Positions 27,977-37,086 of a stretch of 64,000 bases of DNA are shown here, piece after piece. The notes beneath the pieces are model-generated. The model worked only from the letters and a program-made list of their open reading frames with translations, did no database searches and was not told where the DNA came from. The first letter of the stretch is position 1. Each line of letters begins with the position of its first letter. The position numbers and the translations under genes were made by a program. This DNA comes from a phage, in sequence record MZ956761.1; one strand, written 5' to 3'.

Positions 27977-28945
27977 ATGAAAACTGTAACTATCAATAAG
28001 GGTATCTACTTCGGTAAAGAAATCTCTGGAACTTTTGAGCTCTTAGGTGAATGGTTCCCAGATAATGCTCCGGTAGATGCACAAGGAGATGGTAAAGTTT
28101 TTGTTGAAATTGACGGTAAACGTCGCGGTGTTTGGGTTTACAAATCAGACATTTCATATGATGGTGTAAAAGTTGAAGAAGTTAAAGAATCATATGAAGA
28201 TATGAAAACCCGCATTAATAAAAGATTTAATGTTATGGGAATGATGACGAATGGTATTATTAACGGAAACATTCGTTCATTAATTATCTCTGGTGCGGCA
28301 GGTATTGGTAAAACGTATTCTTTAGATAAAGCTTTAAATAAAGCAAATGATATTGGATACATTGAGTATAAAAGCATTAATGGTAAAATCTCTGGTATCG
28401 GTCTTTATGAACAGCTCTGGAATAATCGTGAAGAGAATTCTGTCCTTTTGATTGATGATGTGGATGTTTTCTCTGATATGGACATTCTTAATCTTCTGAA
28501 AGCTGCTTTGGACACTGGAGAGACCCGTAAAGTCTGCTGGAGCACTGCATCTTCTTACTTAGAAGAAAAAGGCATTGAGCGTGAGTTTGAATTTAAAGGA
28601 ACGATTGTTTTTATCACAAACGTTGATATTGACCGCGAATTAGACCGTGGTACTAAACTTGCTCCACATTTACAAGCATTAGTGTCCCGCTCAGTTTATT
28701 TAGATTTGGGTGTTCACACTAATGAAGAAATTATGGTCAGGGTTGAAGATGTTATTCTTTCAACCGACATGATGCAAAAGCGCGGTCTTTCTGATGAAGA
28801 AACTTATAAAGCATTATCATGGATGAAAGTCAATGTTAACCGTTTACGCAATGTTTCACTGCGTACTGCTCTTTATCTTGCTGACTTTATTATGACCGAC
28901 AAAAATGGTTGGGAAGAAATCGCTGAGGTTACTCTTCTGAAATAA
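27977..28945 (+). CDS. ATPase with Walker A and B motifs (AAA-like)
   Basis: 322 aa from ATG 27977 (RBS GGAGAATAAA); GAAGIGKT and VLLIDDVD; track start 27809 runs through terminator and promoter. Confidence 0.5.
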   Translation: MKTVTINKGIYFGKEISGTFELLGEWFPDNAPVDAQGDGKVFVEIDGKRRGVWVYKSDISYDGVKVEEVKESYEDMKTRINKRFNVMGMMTNGIINGNIRSLIISGAAGIGKTYSLDKALNKANDIGYIEYKSINGKISGIGLYEQLWNNREENSVLLIDDVDVFSDMDILNLLKAALDTGETRKVCWSTASSYLEEKGIEREFEFKGTIVFITNVDIDRELDRGTKLAPHLQALVSRSVYLDLGVHTNEEIMVRVEDVILSTDMMQKRGLSDEETYKALSWMKVNVNRLRNVSLRTALYLADFIMTDKNGWEEIAEVTLLK

Positions 28946-29046
28946 TTCATAAGAGGACTTCTATGACAAAAAGGCAGTTCAGAAATAGATTATATGGACT
29001 GCCATCAAAAAGATGACTAGAATTAAACTGGTAAATGGAGGTAGTG

Positions 29047-29349
29047 ATGTTATACTCAAAGGCTCGTGAAATTTACGAAACTAAAATTAAAGAAGCTGTA
29101 CTTCAATTCGCAACAACGATGCGATGGACAAATGATTGGGAGTATTCAAAAAATCATAAGAAGCCCATGGTGACAAGAAAGGCTCATATGTTAGTGTTAA
29201 TAGACCGTGAGCAGATTAAAGCCCGAGAAGCCCTCCAGAATCATAAAAAGGCTGCTTTTGAATGGTTTATGGATAACACTGCTCCTGAGACTAAGAAAGC
29301 GGTGAGCGCGTGGTTCAGTGGAAAAAATTGTGAAAGAAGTTTCTTTTAG
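29047..29349 (+). CDS. Hypothetical protein
   Basis: 100 aa from ATG 29047 (RBS GGAGG). Confidence 0.4.
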   Translation: MLYSKAREIYETKIKEAVLQFATTMRWTNDWEYSKNHKKPMVTRKAHMLVLIDREQIKAREALQNHKKAAFEWFMDNTAPETKKAVSAWFSGKNCERSFF

Positions 29350-29351
29350 TG

Positions 29352-29381
29352 GTTTACAAGACTGTTCCTTTGTGGTACTAT
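29352..29381 (+). promoter_or_regulatory. Early promoter (GTTTAC-N18-TACTAT)
   Basis: GTTTAC 29352-29357, TACTAT 29376-29381. Confidence 0.55.
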
Positions 29382-29409
29382 ACAACTATCAACTACGGAG
29401 GAACACAAA

Positions 29410-29937
29410 ATGAACGCTAAAGATATTTTCAACCTGGTAAATTACAATGATGGTAAATTTAAATCTGAAGCACAAAGCAAGTTCTTTAACGACATCTCAA
29501 TCGGAGGTGAAATCACAGTTGATGGAGGACAAATTTACAAATCCCGCTGGAATTGGATCGTTATTATTGATGAGATTGGTATTGTAGAAATTTACAAAAA
29601 TACGAATAAAAATCGTACATTACACTGGTCTCGTGATACTAACGAACAGTACAAAAAGGATAAAGCATCTAAATTATCTCGTGTAACTCAAGAAGATATT
29701 GAGTTCATCAAGAAAGATATTTTAATGTATGATAACTTAATTGCTGAAGAGCAAGCTGTTATTGATAAATTTGATGAGATTAAAGCTTCTCGTGAAATTC
29801 CTGATTTTATGAAAGAATCAGTAAATGAACGATACTCTCTCATTTCAGAGCGTATTGAAACTTACAAAAAGCAAAGAGCTGAACGCCAAAATACTCTTCG
29901 GAAGTTTGAAGAACGGTTAAAGACGGTACTCGCATAA
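29410..29937 (+). CDS. Hypothetical protein
   Basis: 175 aa; helical, charged C-terminal half. Confidence 0.5.
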   Translation: MNAKDIFNLVNYNDGKFKSEAQSKFFNDISIGGEITVDGGQIYKSRWNWIVIIDEIGIVEIYKNTNKNRTLHWSRDTNEQYKKDKASKLSRVTQEDIEFIKKDILMYDNLIAEEQAVIDKFDEIKASREIPDFMKESVNERYSLISERIETYKKQRAERQNTLRKFEERLKTVLA

Positions 29938-29992
29938 CCGCTTTATACCAAGGATGGTATAATGGTTCTAAGCCCTTTTAATTGAGATTATT

Positions 29993-30400
29993 ATGAAACA
30001 GTTGATAATTAAAAGATTGAATTTATTGATATGTTGTTTATGTGTAGTAGTTGCATATGGTTATTACGCAATTAATGATTATATGCATTATAAAGATTAT
30101 GATGTTACTGTAGTTAATACTATTACAGGAACACAAGGAAAGGGGTCTAGTTTATCGTTTATTGCCGTATATGAACTCAAAGACGGTTATAGATTTAGTG
30201 AATATATTTCCCCAGAGATGTATTCTTCAATAGAAAAAGGTGATAATATTACTGTAAGTTTACGTCCTTTCGACGTAAAACAGACATTGTTTGATAATAT
30301 TGTTTGGTTCTTTGGAATGGTATTAGTTCAATCTGTATGCGGTGCTTATATAGTCTGTTCCATCTTATTCTGTATATTTAGTAAAATTGAAATTGAGTGA
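29993..30400 (+). CDS. Membrane protein
   Basis: 135 aa; N- and C-terminal hydrophobic helices. Confidence 0.5.
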   Translation: MKQLIIKRLNLLICCLCVVVAYGYYAINDYMHYKDYDVTVVNTITGTQGKGSSLSFIAVYELKDGYRFSEYISPEMYSSIEKGDNITVSLRPFDVKQTLFDNIVWFFGMVLVQSVCGAYIVCSILFCIFSKIEIE

Positions 30401-30407
30401 GGAAAAT

Positions 30408-31295
30408 ATGTCAGTCGTAATTAATAATGTCAATGCAGTAATTAAATCTTTAGTTAATAAAAAATTGAATGAATGGACTGTACTTCGTCGTGGAGAGCCA
30501 GATAAATTTTTTCATAGATTTAACCCAGTACTAAATTTAAATGTTATTGACAGAGATGTTCATGCAGAAATTTTAGATAAGTTTAAAGTTGATATTGGAT
30601 TTGGATTAGAAAAACATTTACAGCGAACAAATGGGTCTGGAATGGGTTTATCTAATCGCATCATGAAAGCCCTTAATAAAATTGGAGCATTGTCTCATAT
30701 TAATGCAAGTGAAATTCTTCGCAATTATAATAAAGGCTATGATCTTTACGGTCGACTAATGCCGAAATTATCATTCGACCAAATGATTACGGATTTGTGG
30801 GAAAATCAACGACGATTATTAGCATTAGGCGCTCGATTGGCTAAAGGTCTAGATAAACAAATGATTTTTAAAACTAATAATACAGAAGACCTTAAATGCT
30901 TTAAATTTAGTACACGCGGAATTGATTATTATATCAGAGCTCACTCTACAGATTATGTTAATATGGGGCATCATCTCTGTTTAGCTTTTGAAATTTTAAA
31001 AGAAGCTGGAACATTAGAATATGTGTCTGGTGCTAAATGCCCGATTGGTTCAAATTGCATTTTAATTTATCGCCCGGATGAATCCAGTTCAACTAAATTG
31101 CCTACAAAACCTGTACCAGTTCGTAGTAACGAAAAACATTCTGAACAAATTGATTATTTTAATAAACAGATTGAAGAGCTGAATATTTCTATTCAACAAT
31201 ATGATGATGAAATTTTCAGACTATCTGGACTGAGTAGTAAAGCTAAATCTGAGCGTGAAAAGTTAATTAAAATTGTCGATTTACTTAAATCTTAA
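30408..31295 (+). CDS. Hypothetical protein with C-terminal coiled coil (paralog set member 1)
   Basis: 295 aa from ATG 30408 (RBS GAGGAAAA); C-terminal ~40 aa heptad segment. Confidence 0.5.
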   Translation: MSVVINNVNAVIKSLVNKKLNEWTVLRRGEPDKFFHRFNPVLNLNVIDRDVHAEILDKFKVDIGFGLEKHLQRTNGSGMGLSNRIMKALNKIGALSHINASEILRNYNKGYDLYGRLMPKLSFDQMITDLWENQRRLLALGARLAKGLDKQMIFKTNNTEDLKCFKFSTRGIDYYIRAHSTDYVNMGHHLCLAFEILKEAGTLEYVSGAKCPIGSNCILIYRPDESSSTKLPTKPVPVRSNEKHSEQIDYFNKQIEELNISIQQYDDEIFRLSGLSSKAKSEREKLIKIVDLLKS

Positions 31296-31303
31296 GGAAC
31301 ACC

Positions 31304-32308
31304 ATGAAAACTCGTTCTCAAATTGAAGATATGGTTCGTAATGCCAGCTATACTCGTGATGTTATGACATTTTTGTGCCAAAATAATTTAGACCCTGATA
31401 AAGTTAATCGTGATATTCACTTTAAATATATGAATAGCAGTGAATGGTTACGTCATTTTAGTAAAGCGGGGTATATTACACAAATGACGGCTCGTGAGCA
31501 GCTCACCGATTTCTGTAAAACTATTGATTATAAAAATCCTCTATTTGTTCAAGGCGTTGGTCAGAGTAAGGTTGATTTATCATCTGGATTTTTTAATCCA
31601 AATCATTATCGTATTGAATGGAGATTTATTGCTCTATTCCGTAAACAATTAAAGCAAATTTTGTCGACGGCTAGTCGATTAAAAGGTTCTGACATTAACT
31701 TAAAGAACCTGAAATTTGATGGTTATACTCTTCAGATGGAAGTAAGACCATTAAAAGAAAATAACAGAACTGCACGAATTAGCTTTAAACCTAATACAAA
31801 AAATTCTCTTTCAATTTGCGAATGCCTTAAATCGCAGTTGACAGAAGCATTTAAGTATATGGATGTTGTTGCCGCTGTTCAGTCTAAGATTTTACCTCGT
31901 TTTGAGCGATTTAAATTAGACACAACAACATATGAACTTGATATGATCGTTTCATTTAAATACGATTTTTTGAGAAAGGACGAAGTCCCGCAAGAGAAAA
32001 AGCATGAAGTGCAAGATAACTACTCATCAAACGATTCTAAATTTTGGATGTATAGTTCAAGTAACATAGATGCATGTAAACTTAATAAAGTGAGTTTTCT
32101 TCCTACTGAAAATTCAAATTTTAAACCTGTAGAAAAATGGCACGCTGACGCGATTGAGAAGTCTATCAAGGCAGTAGATGATGAATTAGTTAAAGCAACC
32201 AATGAAATGCTAGAAGCTGAAAAGGTGTTAGAACAAGCTCAGTCAAGGGTTCAAAATCTGACAAAGCAACGTTCTAAACTGAACAATGCATTAAATGCAC
32301 TGAATTAG
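31304..32308 (+). CDS. Hypothetical protein with C-terminal coiled coil (paralog set member 2)
   Basis: 334 aa; N-terminus MKTRSQIED; C-terminal heptad segment. Confidence 0.5.
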   Translation: MKTRSQIEDMVRNASYTRDVMTFLCQNNLDPDKVNRDIHFKYMNSSEWLRHFSKAGYITQMTAREQLTDFCKTIDYKNPLFVQGVGQSKVDLSSGFFNPNHYRIEWRFIALFRKQLKQILSTASRLKGSDINLKNLKFDGYTLQMEVRPLKENNRTARISFKPNTKNSLSICECLKSQLTEAFKYMDVVAAVQSKILPRFERFKLDTTTYELDMIVSFKYDFLRKDEVPQEKKHEVQDNYSSNDSKFWMYSSSNIDACKLNKVSFLPTENSNFKPVEKWHADAIEKSIKAVDDELVKATNEMLEAEKVLEQAQSRVQNLTKQRSKLNNALNALN

Positions 32309-32337
32309 TTTACTTTGCCACAAGGATGTGGTATAAT
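32308..32337 (+). promoter_or_regulatory. Early promoter (GTTTAC-N18-TATAAT)
   Basis: Perfect TATAAT at 32332-32337 with TG upstream. Confidence 0.55.
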
Positions 32338-32365
32338 GTTCTTACTTTCTACTGAGGAGATTATT

Positions 32366-33367
32366 ATGACTCGCAACGAATATATCAAATCATTCAATAG
32401 CGTTATTGATGATAAAGCTATACCGATGTTTGGCCAAAATAGCGTTCTTTCTATTATCAATCAGTGGCTCAATAGTGTTGATGCAGGTATTGTTTCTTCT
32501 GCTAAATTTATTCATGAAATTCGTAAAATTTCTAGCCGTGTAGATAAAGATGTTATCAAGAAAACCTTTAAAGAGTCTCGTCTTCTTTCATATTTGGTTA
32601 ATCGGGATATTCTTGGTAATTTTGGGAAAGAAATTAAACGAACCAAAGATGTAGTAGGATATAATTGGTTCGGTGATGTTAATTCTTATCATCTTAATGT
32701 CAAAGAAGACCCTGAGAATATTTTTACTCGTCGTTGGATTAGTAATTTCAGACTTTTCAGAGGACAAATTCTAAAATCAGCTTCTAAATTATGTTATGGC
32801 GATTATCGTCAAATTCATCCTTTGGCTTCTGATATGATTATCATAAAAGAATATGAACTTGATAAAAATAAAGTATCTATTTTTGTGAATTATGGATTTT
32901 TTACACCAGAAACTAACCAAAAGAATATTAATAAATTTTTCTCAATTGCTAGCACTATAACTCGTCAATTAGAGACTGCATTACTTTGTATGGAAACAGT
33001 AGAAAATATTCATACATATCCTTTTAAGAATATATGCGGTTGGGAAGGATATAAAATTGTAGTTAGTCTTCGTGAAGTAAAGTGTGCGTACTCACCGACT
33101 GATAAAGAAATTTACCAACAAAAATGTGATGAAATTGTGAATACTCCTAAAGAAGAAACTACCCTTGAGGAACTAATGGAATGTCTTGACGATTCACCTG
33201 AACCGGTAGAAATTCGTCCAGAAGTTATTGCACTAGAAAAAGCTTATAAAGAAGTTCTAGAAATTTCTAATAAAGCACAGAAAGAATATGAGCAGGCTAA
33301 AAGGATTTGGGAAGAATCTGTTAATCGCTTGGATCGTCTTGAACAAGCTTTACAGTTAATTAAGTAA
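32366..33367 (+). CDS. Hypothetical protein with C-terminal coiled coil (paralog set member 3)
   Basis: 333 aa from ATG 32366 (RBS GAGGAGA); C-terminal heptad segment. Confidence 0.5.
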   Translation: MTRNEYIKSFNSVIDDKAIPMFGQNSVLSIINQWLNSVDAGIVSSAKFIHEIRKISSRVDKDVIKKTFKESRLLSYLVNRDILGNFGKEIKRTKDVVGYNWFGDVNSYHLNVKEDPENIFTRRWISNFRLFRGQILKSASKLCYGDYRQIHPLASDMIIIKEYELDKNKVSIFVNYGFFTPETNQKNINKFFSIASTITRQLETALLCMETVENIHTYPFKNICGWEGYKIVVSLREVKCAYSPTDKEIYQQKCDEIVNTPKEETTLEELMECLDDSPEPVEIRPEVIALEKAYKEVLEISNKAQKEYEQAKRIWEESVNRLDRLEQALQLIK

Positions 33368-33419
33368 TTTAAAGCCAAGGATGGCTCGGAGTATAAATCA
33401 TTAACCAAGTGAGAAGAAC

Positions 33420-34349
33420 ATGAAAACTCGTAAACATTATATTGATTATTTTGATAGTCTTATTACTAAACACCGTAATTATCAGATAGGACACAGAGCA
33501 GTAATCAATAATATTCTTCGTGATTTCCTTCAATATGTTGGCCAGGAAAATCATATCTGTAAAGATACTCAGAACGCCTATTCTCATTCATTGGGCAATT
33601 TGCTTGAATGGTTTAAACGTTCTCGCATGTTATCTTCTACTGTAGCTCACGATAACATTAAAAACTTTATGAAGCCAAGCTTCATTAAATCTGCGACATC
33701 TATAACCGATTTGGTTGAATTTACTATTGTTAACGATGTTAAAAAGACCCATTTAGCTGATTGGTTATCTACCATTCCTGAAACTAAATTTGCTGATAAA
33801 TTTGCTTGTCAGTTCAATGACCAAGTGAATATGCTTTTTAAGCATGCTCGCAAACTATTTACCGCAGGCGATGACCGTACAAATACAGTTCATGTTAAGG
33901 ATTGGGTTATTGCTGATGAAGTAACACACAAGCCAGGTGGTTCATCAGTGTTAATTAATATCCAAGTTCCTTATTATTACTCACGTAATCTCGGCACCAT
34001 GAACTCTAGAGAAATTAATAAGCACAACAAAACTATTCGTTCGTTGTCTTATAAACTCCGCATGATGTTAAAAATCATGGACGTAGTAGAAATGTATGAC
34101 GAAATCGAAGATAATGGTTCAATGTTATACAGTTCACGTATTCTAATTAAACTGAAGAATCCTAATACATATAAGACAGTTGTAAAAGAGCCTAAAGTAG
34201 AAAAGATTGATAATATGAGTGAAGAACGCGAATACCTCAAATCTCGACTGGTTGAAGTTGAAGCCCAGATTGCCGAACACACCAAATTGTTAAAAGCTCT
34301 TAATGCAAAAGCAAGTGGTTTACGTAATGCTATTGAGGTATTGAAATGA
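33420..34349 (+). CDS. Hypothetical protein with C-terminal coiled coil (paralog set member 4)
   Basis: 309 aa; N-terminus MKTRKHYIDYF; C-terminal heptad segment. Confidence 0.5.
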   Translation: MKTRKHYIDYFDSLITKHRNYQIGHRAVINNILRDFLQYVGQENHICKDTQNAYSHSLGNLLEWFKRSRMLSSTVAHDNIKNFMKPSFIKSATSITDLVEFTIVNDVKKTHLADWLSTIPETKFADKFACQFNDQVNMLFKHARKLFTAGDDRTNTVHVKDWVIADEVTHKPGGSSVLINIQVPYYYSRNLGTMNSREINKHNKTIRSLSYKLRMMLKIMDVVEMYDEIEDNGSMLYSSRILIKLKNPNTYKTVVKEPKVEKIDNMSEEREYLKSRLVEVEAQIAEHTKLLKALNAKASGLRNAIEVLK

Positions 34350-34735
34350 AAAAGCGCTTATTAGAAGATATTGCAGCTTCAAGTAATTCCAGTCTAATTA
34401 AAATTATTATGGCTGGTGAAGAAGACGATCTGGAAATGCGTGGAAAGATTCACGGCTGCGACGATTTAGATTTTAAACCTCCAGCATGGGATGCTATTAT
34501 GGCTATGGTTGAACGACGTGAAAGAGCTTCTAAAAACGTTCCTAATTGCCCTGAATGCGGTACTGAACAGGTTCAATTGATTAACTGGCGTAAACCGGAA
34601 CTTGAATATAAATGCCGTCATTGTAAACACAAATTTAGCAAGCATGCTCCGGAAATGGTTAAATTACCTGACTCTACTGAGTTCTTTAAAGAACTTGCGA
34701 GTGTTCAACCAATGCCTAATAATATTTTGGATTAA
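34346..34735 (+). CDS. Zinc-ribbon protein
   Basis: 129 aa; CPECGTEQ ... CRHCKHKF. Confidence 0.5.
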   Translation: MKKRLLEDIAASSNSSLIKIIMAGEEDDLEMRGKIHGCDDLDFKPPAWDAIMAMVERRERASKNVPNCPECGTEQVQLINWRKPELEYKCRHCKHKFSKHAPEMVKLPDSTEFFKELASVQPMPNNILD

Positions 34736-34737
34736 AA

Positions 34738-34980
34738 ATGACCAAGCGTAAAGAATATATGGAGACTGCTGAAAAGGCAGTCCGTGAATTAGCAATAGCG
34801 TATTATAATGAACATGGTAAATTTCCTGATAGATACAGCGTGCTTAAATCTGCTATAACTCGTTCATATAAAAATATGCTATCAGAAGTAAGTGATATTA
34901 TATACAAACATAAAGAGCAAACGGGCCAAAGTCTTGATTACGATGAGACTTTTAAACAAGTACTAGGAATTAAGGAATAA
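34738..34980 (+). CDS. Hypothetical protein
   Basis: 80 aa. Confidence 0.5.
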   Translation: MTKRKEYMETAEKAVRELAIAYYNEHGKFPDRYSVLKSAITRSYKNMLSEVSDIIYKHKEQTGQSLDYDETFKQVLGIKE

Positions 34981-34981
34981 T

Positions 34982-35245
34982 ATGTTTAAAGTATATGGTT
35001 ATGATAGCAACATCCATAAATGTGTGTATTGCGATAATGCAAAACGTCTTTTGACTGTAAAGAAACAGCCGTTTGAATTTATCAACATTATGCCGGAAAA
35101 AGGTGTTTTTGATGATGAGAAAATCGCTGAGCTTCTGACGAAACTAGGTCGTGATACTCAAATTGGTTTGACGATGCCACAAGTATTTGCTCCTGATGGA
35201 AGTCATATTGGTGGATTTGACCAATTGCGGGAATACTTTAAATGA
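34982..35245 (+). CDS. nrdC: Glutaredoxin/thioredoxin NrdC
   Basis: 87 aa MFKVYGYDSNIHKCVYCDNAKRLL; CVYC active site. Confidence 0.85.
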   Translation: MFKVYGYDSNIHKCVYCDNAKRLLTVKKQPFEFINIMPEKGVFDDEKIAELLTKLGRDTQIGLTMPQVFAPDGSHIGGFDQLREYFK

Positions 35246-35457
35246 TGCTCGAAGGAACTGATTATATCCATGACTACCGCGGAAGCGCGGTATATGTAGG
35301 TGATGAAGTCGCAGTTTACTATGGGTATGGAACTTTGATGACAGCCAAGGTTATTCAAATTAAAAATAATCGTGCTAAACTCGAAGTTTATTATTCTAAT
35401 GGTGAAAAGTCTATTTCTAAATGGAAATACGGCGATTGTATGGTCAAAATGGGGTAA
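35242..35457 (+). CDS. Hypothetical protein
   Basis: 71 aa, ATGA overlap with nrdC. Confidence 0.45.
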   Translation: MMLEGTDYIHDYRGSAVYVGDEVAVYYGYGTLMTAKVIQIKNNRAKLEVYYSNGEKSISKWKYGDCMVKMG

Positions 35458-35459
35458 AT

Positions 35460-35630
35460 ATGATTTACGATATTAGTGTATCAAGAACTCCGTCAATGGT
35501 TACTATTCCAGCTGAAGAACTAGATCGTCTTCAGAAAATTGAAGAACTTCTTTGGGAAATTGAATCTGATTTGCCATCAGGACTAGAATCCTGGATTGAT
35601 TATGAAGAACTTAATAAATTGCGAAATTAA
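35460..35630 (+). CDS. Small hypothetical protein (56 aa)
   Basis: ATG 35460; track start 35421 overlaps upstream gene. Confidence 0.35.
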   Translation: MIYDISVSRTPSMVTIPAEELDRLQKIEELLWEIESDLPSGLESWIDYEELNKLRN

Positions 35631-35640
35631 TTGGTGAAAA

Positions 35641-35961
35641 ATGACTATTGAAAATAAATTAGATGTTGATGCAATTCTGAGCGAAATCATCGAAGACCAT
35701 GATGCATTTTCAGAAAATTATGATTTCGATTTTTCGGATTATCTTAAACCTGTCGAAATAGAAGATTGGGTACAAGATGGCAAATGCCAATATCGGCAGT
35801 GCGTTTATTTTAGTCCAAAACATAACGTTTATGTGTCTGTAAATGAATCTCGCTCAGGTTCTTACCATTCTGACTGGTATTATGCAGTTCCTACAGTTGA
35901 ACTGGTTGAGCTTCGAGAACGTGTAGTAACTCAGACAGTACGAGAATGGATTACGCTATAA
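35641..35961 (+). CDS. Hypothetical protein
   Basis: 106 aa acidic. Confidence 0.45.
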   Translation: MTIENKLDVDAILSEIIEDHDAFSENYDFDFSDYLKPVEIEDWVQDGKCQYRQCVYFSPKHNVYVSVNESRSGSYHSDWYYAVPTVELVELRERVVTQTVREWITL

Positions 35962-36084
35962 AACCTTGGTGGGCGGCTAGATGGGAAACTGTAGAGCCAG
36001 AGCCGGAAGAACCGGTTTACACTGATGAAGAAACAGTATATAATGAACCAACGATAAATGACTTAATTGATATGGAGATGGGAC

Positions 36085-36489
36085 ATGATTACAGTAGATA
36101 AGTGGTTTAGAATTAATCGTGCTGATACAGGGCTGTGTAATTACTGGCCGGAACTTAGTGCAGGTGCTGTCTTTAAAGTTCGTGAACTTGCAAAAGAATG
36201 TGAAGATGATATAGAACCTGATACTGGAATTATTGAAATTGAACTTTCTGATGGAAAGATTATTAACATCTACGATAAGCCAATTACGTATTGGTGCTTA
36301 TGGAATACTGAATCAGTAGAAAATGGCGAAATTGAAGAAGTTGTAGAGAGAACTAATCAAGTTGTTCAGAAGCCTAAAGCCGATTTTCAAGGTGAACGCA
36401 TTTCATACGCATTAGCTAAATTAGCTGCACAAGAAAATAACGATGGTTATGAAGGAAATTTAATGCAAGCTTGCCGCAGAGTACATTGA
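36085..36489 (+). CDS. Hypothetical protein
   Basis: 134 aa from ATG 36085 (RBS GGAGATGGG). Confidence 0.45.
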   Translation: MITVDKWFRINRADTGLCNYWPELSAGAVFKVRELAKECEDDIEPDTGIIEIELSDGKIINIYDKPITYWCLWNTESVENGEIEEVVERTNQVVQKPKADFQGERISYALAKLAAQENNDGYEGNLMQACRRVH

Positions 36490-36612
36490 ATGGCTTGAAA
36501 CTCAAATTTCTTTTTCTGACCGAATGATTCAGCAATATAAGCGATTGCATCAAATGTTTTACAATACTTGAAAATAATAAATACCCTTATCTATTTAAGG
36601 TAAGGGTTTATT

Positions 36613-37086
36613 ATGTTATTGACTGGCAAATTATATAAAGAAGAAAAACAGAAATTTTATGATGCACAAAACGGTAAATGTTTAATTTGCCAACGAGAAC
36701 TAAATCCTGATGTTCAAGCTAATCACCTTGACCATGACCATGAATTAAATGGACCAAAAGCAGGAAAGGTACGTGGATTGCTTTGTAATCTCTGCAATGC
36801 TGCAGAAGGTCAAATGAAGCATAAATTTAATCGTTCTGGCTTAAAGGGACAAGGTGTTGATTATCTTGAATGGTTAGAAAATTTACTCACTTATTTAAAA
36901 TCCGATTACACCCAAAATAATATTCACCCTAACTTTGTTGGAGATAAATCAAAGGAATTTTCTCGTTTAGGAAAAGAGGAAATGATGGCTGAGATGCTTC
37001 AAAGAGGATTTGAATATAATGAATCTGACACTAAAACACAATTAATAGCTTCATTTAAGAAGCAACTTAGAAAGAGTTTAAAATGA
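36613..37086 (+). CDS. 49: Endonuclease VII (Holliday junction resolvase) gp49
   Basis: 157 aa; recognised T4 endo VII zinc motif CLICQRELNPD...HLDHDH...CNLCN. Confidence 0.9.
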   Translation: MLLTGKLYKEEKQKFYDAQNGKCLICQRELNPDVQANHLDHDHELNGPKAGKVRGLLCNLCNAAEGQMKHKFNRSGLKGQGVDYLEWLENLLTYLKSDYTQNNIHPNFVGDKSKEFSRLGKEEMMAEMLQRGFEYNESDTKTQLIASFKKQLRKSLK

